From the NCBI GenBank assembly GCA_013239625.1, contig MU054187.1, forward strand, positions 6,087,757-6,151,756: 64,000 nt of DNA, given 5' to 3'. The notes under the pieces are model-generated. The model was not told the DNA's origin and searched no databases. It saw only the letters and a list, made by a program, of their open reading frames with translations. A program made the translations under genes and the position numbers. This stretch comes from Lama guanicoe. Taxonomy: Eukaryota. Positions 26,071-38,500 of this stretch are shown one piece after another (within the stretch, counting starts at the first letter, position 1; each line of letters opens with the position of its first letter).

Positions 26071-29000
26071 AGATGTGAGTGAATTTTTTATAGGAGCAAA
26101 GTAGTCTATCGTTAAGCATTTATTGCCACCTAGATTTGCTGGACTCACAGTCTCTGAATCCTGGAGAACTCGCCTGCAGTGTGTAAATTAGCTTTATCAC
26201 CGAGCTCTTTATAAATGGATTTTTTTCCCCTTAACGATTGTTCTCTTCCCATTTCTACACGAGCCCCTGGGATTGTTCCATTTTAGATGAAGGCACACCT
26301 TCCTTTCAGTCTACCGAGGTTTGACTTTTAAAATTCATAGGAATCGCATGTAAGTTACTTTTAACATTGCCCTTTTTAGAGTAGGTGAAACCTCAGTGCA
26401 AACTTCACATAGATGGCTCTTCCAGAGCCAAACTCCATACGTTTCACCTTTCTGATTTAAGGATCAAACTTAGTATTCACCAGTGATGGCAAAAACCAAT
26501 GTAAGTGTACAGTAAAAAAAAAAAAGATTGACTTGAACTAAACTATTTTTAGTTTGTAAATTTGGTCTTTGTCCTTAGTGCCTTTGAATAGGATCTATTT
26601 ATGCAAAACATTTCCACCAGCCTGAATCACTGTCGTCTTGTGTTTTGCTGGTATGATCCCGGGTAACCTGGGTGGCTTCAGCTCTGGGTGTCAGCTGCCA
26701 AATTCAGGCCTCCAGACACCCCTTTGAGAAGAGAGCAGACCTCAGAGATAACTTGAAAAAAGCAAGACAAATGCCTGTGAACTGGGAGGGGGTTCTCTGG
26801 AATCTCATTCCTGGACATTCGTGGAGTGGAGCCTACAAGGGGCGGGTGCCACGTGCAAGGGAGTGAAGAAAGAAAAGAGAGGGAAGGACGCGACAGTAAA
26901 ATTGACTTTGTCCAGGACTGTGAGCGAGTTCATTGTCTTCTCCATTTCTACTTGAGAAAGTCACATGTGATGAAAAGGGAACACTTGATGATTTACCGCC
27001 TTCAGAAACCAAGGCGTTCAGAACAAGGCTGTATCTCGGAGCCCTCTGATGGGGCCATTGTTTGGTTTGCTTACTGTCAGTCAGAGGCACCGTGCTGTCC
27101 AAGGTGCAGACCCTGCTTCTTCCAAGGGGGCTGCGTTGGAGGAGGCTGGGAGTTGTCCTCTGCAGGTTGGTGAGGGGCCCTGCAGGCAGGAGGGCCTAGG
27201 AAGCTACTCACCGTTTCCACCATCAGCTTTGAGTTGTGTCCACTTTGCACTGGTCTCTGTTTCTCTCCGTGGCCACTCTGCAGTTCCCTTCCTTCTATTG
27301 AAAGCGCTTCAGGACAGGAGAGTGTCAGGATCAGGGACGTGGTCTGATTACCTGCATACACTTTTTGGAAAACTGACACATGTTAAAACATCAATCAAGT
27401 CTTCTCTCAGTGAGTGAGCTAATTTTCTCAGGCACTGATGAAGCAGTGGAGAAACATTAAAAAAAAATCAAACTTTGAACATCACTTCAACTCTGTGCCT
27501 TAGAGGGGTATGTGTGTTTGTGTTGGGTGGGGCCGACAAACATTGTTTCATGAGATGGTTTTTAAATGCAAGCCGATTACTTCATCTGGCGCTTTTTCTA
27601 AGGAGAATTGACCTGTTACCCAAGTGGCAGAGCTGCACCCTCTGACCGGCACCTCCCACAGCCTCGGGGCGGCACCAGCCCAGTGTGCCAGCCTCCTGTC
27701 ACACACAGGGGGAGGGGGGCGATGGGGCGGTGGGCGGGCGCCTGGTCTGCACTGGGAGGGAGTCCGCTCCACCTGGACCCTCCCAGGCGTTCGGGAGGGA
27801 GGTCAGCCCTGGCGGGGCTTCACTGCTGTGCCGGCCCGATCACACCGGCCCTAGACAGCCCACAGCCAGCGTGCACACCTTACCGATGCCGTGTGACTCT
27901 TCCGTGGTGTGGTTCCACCCTAAATACGTGGCAGGTGGTCCACATTCACCAGCTGATGGAAAGCTATTTAACATTAAATTTAACATGACCGGTTGGTCAA
28001 TATTTTCGTTGTTTTGGACTCTACTCATCCAGAATGGGTTTGTAATTTAGATGCCGTAAAAGTGGCTCATTGTTAATTTGTAGCTCTTTAAGATTTTTGT
28101 TTATGTGTGGATCTATTCTAAGGATAGAACACAAGTGAAAAAAACCAAAGGTTCAAAAGTGCCTTCAGATGATTTTTAAATGAGATATTTCACAGTAATG
28201 TAAGAAAAAAAATTTCAATCCTAAAATTTAATGATTCTGAGGGACACAGTAAGATAAGTGACCATGTTATGATTTTTCAAAATTCATTTTATTTAATTTA
28301 GTAATTTCACAGCGTGTGTATCATAATGGGAATTGTACAAGTCATCCTTATATGGTTAGCCCAACATTCTTGTTTTATTCCTACATGTGAGCATAATTCA
28401 GTAAGCTATTTCAGTGCATCTATACAAAGTTATATTTTATTTGTAGAGTCATATGCTAGCTTTAAAGACACTTGATAACTACTGCTTTGAGACGGGCGCC
28501 CCTACTGCCCCATCCCTGCACGGAGGTGACGGATCTGCCCCACGTTAGCTGTGTTGGTGTAATCCCGAGTGTGTTTTGAAGAGCATTTCCATTTAAGATA
28601 TTCTTGGAAAAGGAGTGTCATGGCTAAATACCTGTAGGACACACTGTGTACTGTCCCCCTCAGAGTGTAGTAAGGGCTCGGAGAGTTTTGCAGTAAAGAA
28701 AAAAAGCAGTGCTTACCTTTGGTTAGCCTGGAATTCTCAGAACTCACGTGGCCTAAGCTGTCTTTTCTTGGAACACAGTTTAAAAATCCTAAACTTAAAA
28801 AATGTTGTTCTATACTTTTTGCCTTCTCGAGTCACCTGACCAAGTGTGACATTGTTCACTTTTGTGTTTGTGTTCATGACTGCAGTCATTCAATAAATAT
28901 TTTTTTCCCTAGAAATTGTTAAGAATGAGCTGAATAAAACTAACCAGTCTATGAAAGGCTTGAACTTGAGGCCCTGACTCTAATACCATATTAAATCAAG

Positions 29001-29663
29001 CAGAAAATATCCCAACCCTTGATTCTTTCCTTCAGACCATTTCTGTACTAAGATAAAATTATTTCAGTTGACCGTTCAGACTAATACCTGTTCATCTTGA
29101 TCTGCTGCCCCACAAAGACAGTATTAAAAGCTTGCTTGTGACACACTGTCAGGCCTTCAGTCACCCTGTCCCGGGCAAGGTTTGTAGCTCCAGCTGCTCC
29201 ATCAAGGAAGGGGGGGCCCCTGGCCAGCATCTGCCTCCCCGTGCGTCCCAGCCTGGCTGGCTTTTTCAGGAAGCCTCCTTGGTGTCAGCCTAGGGGGCGG
29301 GCACTGTGGCTGCCTGGTGTACTGCTCTGTCCTTAAATGTTTGTTGGATGAATAAATGAACTGGCACCACATAGTATCGAGGGCTCTTCTCTGTAATCAG
29401 TGTCGTTGACAAGAAAGGGTTGTTACAATCTCAGTAGGACTTCACTGAACCTTTGCTGAACGCTCTTTTGAACCCTGGTACACTCTTTTTGCTGAAGATT
29501 GAGCTCTAGTGCTCATACTGGAATTCTTTATAAAAAGAGTACAGAGGGACCAAGAACCTGCGGGGTGCTGGAAGAATAAAAGTGAAGAAAGACAGTGATA
29601 GAAATGTGTCTCCAGAGCCATTAAAAAAAAAAACCCAAAAACGAACTGTATTTTTCAATTTTA

Positions 29664-29756
29664 CTTTATTGTATGTTTTTAAATGGAGGGACTGGGATTG
29701 AGCCCAGGACCTCGTGCACGCTAAGCCTGTGCTCTACCGCTGAGCTATGAGCCTCC
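29664..29756 (-). mobile_element. tRNA-Ala-derived SINE with 18-bp TSD
   Basis: tRNA-like body. TSD ctgtatttttcaatttta (29646-29663) / ctgtatttttcagtttta (29757-29774), one mismatch. Confidence 0.9.
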
Positions 29757-32259
29757 CTGTATTTTTCAGTTTTAAAGGCCTGCTGAATGTTAATGTTTTT
29801 ATAGATGATCCAAATCATAGTTTAGTGTGTTTTAAGCTTATGTTTGTTTTTAGTGGGTCTTAATTGGCCTGCCACTTCTCCCCCAGAATCTTAGTTTCTC
29901 TGAGAGCACAAGTGCCTGCCTCCCTGTAACTTGATTTGTGGGGAGGGGCGTATCGCCCAGAAGTGCCCCGTTCCTCTTACCCAGTGGGTAGCATCTTTTC
30001 TTTATTATAAAGTAGAGTTTTGATTTTAGACATCTTTGTGTCACTCAGTAAATAAAACGTTTGTCCAGAGACTCCTTCTATCACCAGATGCTGTTGGTTT
30101 GCAGAGATTTACATGTTGAGAACAGTGAGAGAACTGTTCCTGCGACATCATTCACTAGTGGTGCTCGACGTCGCGAACAGGTTGCGGCTTCAAGAATACA
30201 GTCAAGGCAAAACATGAAATAAGACAGCCTTTTAAGTTGGAAAATGCTGGGTAATGTTGGAGGGAAAACACACTTGTGAGAGATGAGAAGATTCTTCTTA
30301 CACAACTTTTCATCTTCTGATGAAGGTTCTTAAGGGTTTTGGGTCACCTCTGCTTAAAGGTAACAGAGGGATGGCCCTCACTTCTCCCACCCCAGTTCTT
30401 CTTTGGTAAAATTTACATCCTGTCTGTTCTGCTGTTTTATATATGACAGCTTGTTTGTGTGTTTGATTTATATGTTACAAGCATTGGAGTTAAGCATAAA
30501 AACGATTACCTTCAGTTTATGATATAATTTTTTGGACAACACACATCTTGAATCATTTTTATTTATTTAAATGTCAGTCATTCTGTTTTAGTTCCAAAAG
30601 TGGACGGCACAGTCCTTATATCCCCCATAATGTTCCAAGAGGCATGTGGAATTATAATAGAAAGTGTGTCAAGCCGAAAGTCCTATAGGGTGTATTTAAA
30701 AATGCCTTTGGTATCTAACATTCTCCGCATTTGCCCTAATAAATGAGGGGTTTTAGGAATGCCCTATATGGCAATATCAGATGTTAATGGCATTGATTAC
30801 CTGTCAGGCAGTGGGAATTGATGGGGAAATGTCCGCTGTAAAATTAAATAGCATTAGAGAAGACTGTACCGTGCAGGGGCGGGGGACATGGCTGGGCCTG
30901 GGAGACTTTGTCAGGGCATTACTGTGAGCTCCAGGTTTTTTCCCCCCACATGATTAAGGCAGGCCATCTGTTCTTTGTTAAATGTTTACAAAAACAGCTT
31001 TTCTCTAAAAGATTTAAGGAGATGTGGGTCTGGTAAACACTATATTTCTGAGCACCTTCTCCACCCTCTTTCGGCTAGGACCAAAACACAGTTCTGCTGC
31101 ATACCAAACAGGATTGATACCTTTTTTTGTATTTGATCTTTACATTTTTTCCCCTTCTTAAGGAAGATTAAATTTTTAAGGGATACTAATTTATGGCTTC
31201 ATTTATTCCTGAAAGGAAACATCCGAAATGATATGTATGCTAAAGCGTAGATGAATTTTCAGTCTTTCTGTCGTACGTGCTCTGTGCTTTTCCTGACTCG
31301 CCGATGCGCACCAGGTGTCTCTCACCTGAAGCCGGCACCCGGTTCCCGGCGTCCGTGCCCCGCAGGTCACAGGCAGGTGCGTGTGGCCGGGATCGGGGTG
31401 CCGTTCTGTGCCGGGGGCGCCGCTCACGGGTGGGCTTTCCTCCCTCCTTCCCTTTCCAGGACATGCTCTGTCTTCTGTTTCCTGAGAAATAGCTTGTCCT
31501 AAATAAGTTTGATCTCTGTGTCTCTTACAAAAAGACTTGGCTTTTCCCTTTTTCCTTATATTAGGGGATAATATGTAACAACTTCAGCCACATCAATAGA
31601 GGGAAACAGTTTAGTGACACCCTGTTCACGCTCAGGCAGTGGGAACGCGGAGAGCCCCTCGGCTGACGTTTTTAGGGCTGCTGGTGGGGGGAGAGAGAGT
31701 GGAAGGGAGCTTTTCTCAGTACTGGGTGGGTTGTGTTTCCCGAGTGTAGACGTGCAACTGTGTGCTTTTCCCCCCTCCTCTGCCCTTGTCTCTCTCCTCC
31801 CGCACATCCTTGCTCTCCTTCAGGGCCTCTCTCAGCTGTGACTTAAGAAAGGACAAATATGTATTTTAAGATTTCCTAGTACTGTAGGGTTTTGGAAGAG
31901 ACTTTGGAAATGTCGAAACCAGACGCTTCATTAGGCAGATGAAGAAAGTGAGTGGAATGATTTTCCCCAGATAAGACAGCTAGTGGCGGGGCCCGGGCTA
32001 GAATTGTCTCTCACCCTGCAGTCCTGGGCTCCTCCCGCACAGGCGCAGATGGAGAGCTGGAGGGAGGTTCGTCGGGGATCGTAGTGGGTTTTAGTGGGAA
32101 CAGTACCACCAGCTTCTTTGCAGGCAGTGATTATTATTATTATTATTATTAATGTTTTTGGATCCCTGAACACTTTGGAAATGAAGTGATGCCTGGGGCA
32201 CCTATCCCAGGAGGATGCCTGTGTGTGTGATTTCAGGAGCCCGACAGTCAGAGGGGCGC

Positions 32260-32425
32260 TGGATTTAGGAAATCCAGATTCAGATCTCAGTTCTCTCCCC
32301 TGTGGTGTGGCATCCTTACCTTTTACTTCTTTTCTGAAAAATGGGGGCAAATTGTCACATTTTTGTGTGAGGTTCAGGTGAACGAGCTTCTGAAAGCACC
32401 TTGCTCAGTATGTGGCGTGAAATAG
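32260..32425 (+). mobile_element. MIR SINE, decayed
   Basis: ccagattcagatctcagttct...ctgaaaaatggggg...ttgtgtgaggttca...aaagcacctt. Confidence 0.55.
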
Positions 32426-33681
32426 ATGCTCTGTGAATGTTCACTGTATTAGAAGCAACTTGTAGCACTTGGCAGGTAGTGAGCAGTGGCTCCTGGACTC
32501 CTCTCTTGTCCTCTGCAGACCTGGACCCGGGGTCTCCTGCGGCTCCTCTTTTGGAGAGAGATATGGGTCTCATTTCTGTCACTTGCGCCTGTAACTCCCT
32601 GCGCACATCCTTCACCTGAGAGTCAGTGTCCACACCGAGTTCCGGCGTGGGGACTGGGTGGTGTCAAAGTGTGTAACACGTGCCCAGCACATGGCAAGAC
32701 TGTTCAGTACACACGAGCAGCTGTCACTGCTGCTGCTGTTCATGTTGTAGTTACTAGGAAGTGTCTGGAGAAGCATGGGGAAAAGGAAGAAAATGTGTGA
32801 CATTTGCAGATACAATGTTGCAGTGTAAAGGCTCTTAGATGTCATAGTTTACAGTGGGGACAGATGGTTCTCTACCCCTGCCCTGGTTTGGATCGGGAGC
32901 TGTGGGGCTGAATCACTGACCCCTCAGCATCCCAGCCCAGGTGTTGATATCTGCACTGTATTTAAGACCATGTCCGGGTATAGCACTAGTGGATGTCAAA
33001 ATCCTCCTGCAAAGCATGTCAAATTGACTGTTGGGGGTCTCTCTCGTAAAGCTTTAATCACCTTTTTATCAGTACAAGAAATCTAACCAACCCAAAGTCA
33101 TTAAGTTTGTATATGTGCTTTTAATTTGATGTTTGAATGTCATTTAAATCAGGAATGACCTGTACTATGTAAGATTTATGTGTTTACACTCAGATTTCAG
33201 AATTTCCATGGGCTCTGATTCTTACAGTGCTCAGTACACGTGTTCTTTTTAAAGGTGACTTAATTATATACCTTTAATTAGAGTTCCCGTTCCAGAGTGG
33301 GGAAAAGTCTGCTCGAATCCCATCTCTGTGGCTTTGCTTTTGCTGCCGTTTTTGTCCTTCGTCATTTCCTACGTAGGTGCTAAGAACATGGAAAGTGTCT
33401 CCGGCTGAATGAGAAATTTTCTTCCTCCTGACGGAATTTTTTTTTTTTTTTACTGTATTACTAAGCTGCCCTTTTTAACCCTGTTGATTTAAAAGCTTTC
33501 TTGTTAAAGGAGTCTTTTTTTTTGGATGAGAGAAAATGATGGGTTTCACAACCATGTAGCTGGTGAGGTTTGCTACCTTGACTATAGAGTAGGTTTCAGA
33601 AGCATCAGCCACTAACTTTCAGTTCCTTTCTTCACTACGAAGAATGATAAACTAATTTCAATTCCTTTTTGTGTCTCTTAG

Positions 33682-34112
33682 CATTCTCCATCGGAGCCCT
33701 TTCTAGAGAAACCAGTGCCGGATATGACTCAGGTTAGTGGACCGAACGCCCAGCTAGTGAAGAGTGATGATTACCTGCCGTCGATAGAACAGCAGCCACA
33801 GCAAAAGAAGAAGAAAAAGAAAAACAACCACATTGTTGCAGAGGATCCCAGTAAAAGTTTTGGTAAAGATGACTTCCCTGGTGGGGTTGATAGCCAGGAA
33901 CTAAATAGGAACTCACTAGATGGGTCCCAAGAAGAAAAAAAGAAAAAGAAAAGGCCGAAGGCAAAAAAAGAGCCCAAGGAACCGAAAGAACCCAAGGAGA
34001 AAAAAGAGCCCAAGGAACCCAAGACCCCGAAAGCCCCTAAGATTCCCAAAGAGCCAAAGGAAAAGAAAGCAAAAACTGCCACGCCAAAACCCAAACCCAG
34101 CAAGAAGTCAAG
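33682..34112 (+). CDS. CHD7: CHD7 exon 3 (431 nt, phase 0 to 2): Lys/Pro/Glu-rich low-complexity region
   Basis: Acceptor tttttgtgtctcttag|CAT; donor AAG|gtaggc. Encodes [50 protein letters not shown]...[15 protein letters not shown]...PSKKS. Overlaps ORF 33715..34116. Confidence 0.97.
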
Positions 34113-34177
34113 GTAGGCTGCGGGCAGGCGCACCGCCACAAACATGGTGCGGAAACTAGCACCAGGGTTATCACCTC

Positions 34178-34269
34178 TGGGGACGGGGTGGGACCGCGGG
34201 TGGGACTTGCCTGGGGTGGGGCAAGGGGTGGACCTGGTGTGGGACCTGGTGTGGGACAAGGGGTGGGGG
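34178..34269 (+). repeat. G-rich degenerate minisatellite (GTGGGAC-type units)
   Basis: ggggacggggtgggaccgcgggtgggacttgcctggggtggggcaaggggtggacctggtgtgggacctggtgtgggacaaggggtggggg. Confidence 0.8.
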
Positions 34270-35381
34270 CACTTTAATTCTTGTCCTCCTTGTTGAGCTG
34301 CTTTCTCACACACCCAAACTACAAAGTTAAGGGTTTTATGCGATCTAAAATGTAGGACTTAATGAACTAGCGATTGGATTGGTAGCTTTTTAGAAACGTT
34401 ACTGGATGAAAAATTTTTTTTTACTTTAAAATCACTTTCTTGTATTTTTGTGAAAATTTGCCATTTAACAAACAGAACCAAGCTACCAGCATAATTATTT
34501 GTGAGCTTCCACCACCGGCCTCACTTTCAGTGACAATGCAAAAGTGGGTGAGGAGTGCGGAGACAAGGCAGGTCACTGTATTTCACTAGGCCTTTCAGTC
34601 CTGTTTCCTAGAAGCTGAAACAGGAGAATTAATTCTCTTCACTTGGCAGGCGGAGGAAGCCTTCCAGGGGCAGGGTTGAAATCCTAGTGGGCAACGTGGG
34701 AGAAATCAAATAGCAGTTAGTTATCCGTTAGATACGCATTCAAGAATAGCAGAAATTTTAGGTTCTAGGAAATAGTCTCCTCCACGCCATGCTTCCCCTC
34801 CGTATTTCCCCCACCAACTCTCTGACCCCCCAGAAGGCGTATTTATTCAGTAAGAAAAGCTGAGAGGAGAAGACATTGAAGGCTAATTTTTTTCATTTGT
34901 ACCGAACATTTCTTACAACTGTTCTGAACCGGTTCCAAACATCTGAATCTGTTTTTCAGAATATGGCTCATGTTAGAAAATATAGTTTCCAGATGGAAGT
35001 ATGGGCAGGCTTGGTTAATCTGAACCTGTTTGCAAACCCCATTAGGAGACACGCCCCACCTCCTACCCCCGCGGGCGGATGCACACACGTGCGCGGGCGC
35101 GCATGCGCGCTCGGCCCTGCGAGAGATGCGCTCCACCTGAGCTCTGAGCCTTTCCCTCACGGGCTTTCCCGTGGGTCACGAGAAGGTACCCAAAGAGGGC
35201 AGTTTCTGTGACCAGAAAGTTGCTGAAAAGTGAACGAACGAACTTGGATTTTCAGCTTCCTGCTAAAAATATCTAAACACCCCAATGCATTATTCTGTCG
35301 TGTTTTGAAACATTGAATCATAGTCATTTAAGAAAAATGTTGTCATCAGTACTCATTAATGGGGCCCAGATCTCTGAATTA

Positions 35382-35532
35382 TAGCTGGTCCTCCACATCT
35401 GCGGGTCCTGCACGTGTAGATATGGGGGCCCACTGTACTATGCTGTTTTATCTAAGGGACTTGAGCACCCGCAGATTTGGGTATCCACCGGGGTCCTGGA
35501 ACCAGTTCCTTGTGGAGACTGAGGGACCACTG
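35382..35532. mobile_element. MER2-like Tigger MITE
   Basis: TIR-like ends tagctggtcctcca / gagggaccactg flanked by TA; internal agggacttgagca...ggggtcctggaacca. Confidence 0.75.
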
Positions 35533-38500
35533 TATATTCAATAACTCAGTCTTAAAGGTAACTGAATATTTGCATTTACTGAGGAGCATTCTTTGATGCC
35601 TCAGTATGTGGTCTCTTAATTGAAAACCATTCTTTTTTTCTCCTTACGAGCACTCTTCTAAACTCAAAATCCATTATAAATTCTGTTTTCATTTACTTAA
35701 GAAATACTTTATTAAATGCTTACTGTTTGTAGGTACTGTGTTAAGTCTTAGAGATGTGAGCCAGGAGGACATGGTTAGAATTTGTCTGATTTACGAGGGT
35801 TTTTAAAAAATCTGTAATTGCCTTAATCTAGGTATTGTGCTCTTGGTGGGGGGAAGCGTGTGCTTTATTTCTCCTAAGGAGAAAGAAATCAAAGCGAAGT
35901 ACAAAAAGAATACATATATAGTTTATGCTTAAAATGTAAGAGTGTATGTTCTAAAGAAGATTCCTGGAGCTGAGAAAATACATCACCGAGACTAACTGTA
36001 GCCTCAAGATACACCTGTCTTCAGTTTTTATCTTAATTTTTTAGATTTATCACCTAACAGTAAAAATTGATCAAGGGAAAAACACTTGCTACATCTTGGA
36101 TACTTGTCATAAATGTGCAAATACAGTCTTTTAAGTTCTCGGTCTACCTCAGACTGACCCTATCTTTAAAAATGTGCTTTAGCGTATACCCTTCCGTCCC
36201 GTAGAATACACTGGGGTGGACATTAAGTTACCATTTTTAACAATGAAACTTGTTGAAATTTCCTAGTAACTGTAAACAACCATCAGGAACTTGGGGAATC
36301 AAATCCAGTCAGCCCGGGGCCGCCTGCCTCCTGGGTGCAGGTCCTGATTCTGTCTTTGTCCCCTAGAGGGGCCTTCAGTGCAGGCCCGTCTGCACGCTCC
36401 CCGCAGCCCAGCCTGAAGTTTGAGTCTCCGTGTGGGGTGAGCGCTGGGCACTGCTGAGTCTGATGGCTTTGCGCTATAGTCGCATGCCTTTGGCAGGAGG
36501 AAGGCATGTGGTTGTCTTTTCCCAAGGAGAAAGTCTAGTACTTTTCTCCTTTTTTCTGCTTTTGACTAAGTCTCAGTTGATGCCTCCCTCAGGTGACAAT
36601 TGTTTTTTCCCCAGTGGTGTGAAAATAACTGAGTGGAACCCTTCTTTAGTGCATGGAGGTGCGTGAGGAGAATGGGGCTGGTGCAGCGTGTCCCAGAGAC
36701 GCGGGAGTCCACCCCGAGGGTGACAGAGAGCGTTTGAGGCACCTCTGCTGGCCCTGGGGACTTGACCCTTGTGGGCTTGCTGGTTTAGGATGAAGTGTGG
36801 TGAGAACATTCCTGGGAGGTTTTCCTGTCACTGATGGTCAGGTGCGGAGGGCTATCCAAGAATATGGCAACTGAACAGAGGTCGCCGTTACACCACCAAG
36901 CCAGCCCATTATTTTGTTGCCCTGCGGTGTTTCTGTTGGTCAGATGAGTGAAGTGTCTTCAGCTGTACTCCCGTTGTTCCTCTAAGTCTACAAAGGAAAA
37001 AGCATCCCTGAAGCAAGGATAAGTAGATTGCATACGGCTCCATGTAAGTTCTGAATAGCATAGCAGAATAATTATGTAAATTGAATATGCAGTGATGAAG
37101 GTAATAGGGGGTTTGGGTTATGTTAGGACTGGGGTTGAATTGCCGTAGCAGTTTGCTTTTAAGCACTGAAATATAGCAGTGGCAGTTTTGTTTTGCAGAA
37201 TGTTACGTGATACCGGTTATTTCCATCCTTGAATAAGTTAACTTGATGAATTTGTTTATACAGAAAACAATTCTCCTACAGAGGGCTGACACAGAGGGAA
37301 TAAACAGAGACGAAGAGAGAAATTTACCGTAGACCTGCTCACATCTTTCCTGTTTAGCCCGTATGCGGCGTCACTGGTTAGAGTCCACCAACAGACGTGC
37401 TGTGCTCTGAGCGGGTGCTGACGGCAGTGACCCACTGGAGGTTCGCGTGGTGTCCGCGCAGGAGAGGGCTCGTCCTGTGGCTTGATGATGGAGGACATGG
37501 TTTCACGTAGGGGCCGAGTTTCCTTGGGTGCCTTCGTGGTCATCGTCTTACTCTCTGTCCTCCCACTTCGTTCCTTGAAGTCCCCGGGGCTTGAATTTGT
37601 GGCCATTCCCAGTGAACAGGCCCTTTTGGCAACCAAAATATAATTGGATCTGTCTTGCCTACGCAGGGGAACCTAAAAGAATCTGCCCAGAAGCTGTTAT
37701 GTAGAATGGGAGTGAAACAGAAAAAGGTGTCAGCATTTCAGAAAGAGACACTTAAAATCTTAATGATGAGAAAATGGGCCACACCCCTCTTTTCTTTTAG
37801 GACTGCATCTCCCCACCCTCCCCTTTCCCTTTTACGTTAAATATGTACTTTTCTACCTGTTTCCCCAGTGCGCTCCCCAGGTGTCCTTGTAGCTTTCAGA
37901 TATTGGCAGTTACTATTGCAAATAAAAGCTGAGGCCTTTGTGGCCTGGAGAGGACGCCGCCTCGCACAGGGGGTTCCCAGGGCTGTGCTACGAGGATGTG
38001 CGAGGATGTGCGCTCTTTTCAGTCGTGTGTGCTCGGGCCTGTGAAACTAGAAAATTTGGAGGAAGTGCTTCCTTTGAAGGACCTTTGAAGGCTTCGGTGG
38101 TCCATTTCGCTGCATAAAGATTCTTTGAATGTACGTAAGGAAGGGAGCTTGGCCACAGGCTGTGACTTCGCTGCTGAAGCTCCAGGGAAATGAAGCCGTG
38201 GGGTGGGGGTTTGCCTTTCAGGCAGTTTCGGGGAACACATCTTGTTCCTCGCTCCTCAACATTGCGGTTAGTGGAAAACTAAAATGCTCCTTCTCCATTA
38301 AGAGTGAAGATATTTTAGACTGGGAAGCAAGCCCACTGCTCTTATTTTTAAGAAACATAAAGTACCAAAAACACATAGAGTGTATTTTTTGCATATTGCA
38401 CCATCATTAATATTTACGTTGCGACTTTGCTCCGAGGAACTGAGCTTTCCAGGTGTTGTTTTCTCAGCGATGAGCTAAGAGAGCAGCAGCGTTTACCTGA

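Noticed and set aside
31930..32425. Oppositely oriented MIR fragments as a hairpin source
   Set aside because: The fragments are too diverged to pair convincingly.
33771..34313. 180-aa antisense ORF with a Phe/Ser/Leu/Gly-rich hydrophobic run
   Set aside because: It is the reverse-strand shadow of the Lys/Glu/Pro-rich CHD7 exon 3 plus the G-rich repeat.
37991..38012. 10-bp tandem duplication (cgaggatgtg)x2
   Set aside because: A trivial slippage event with no functional context.
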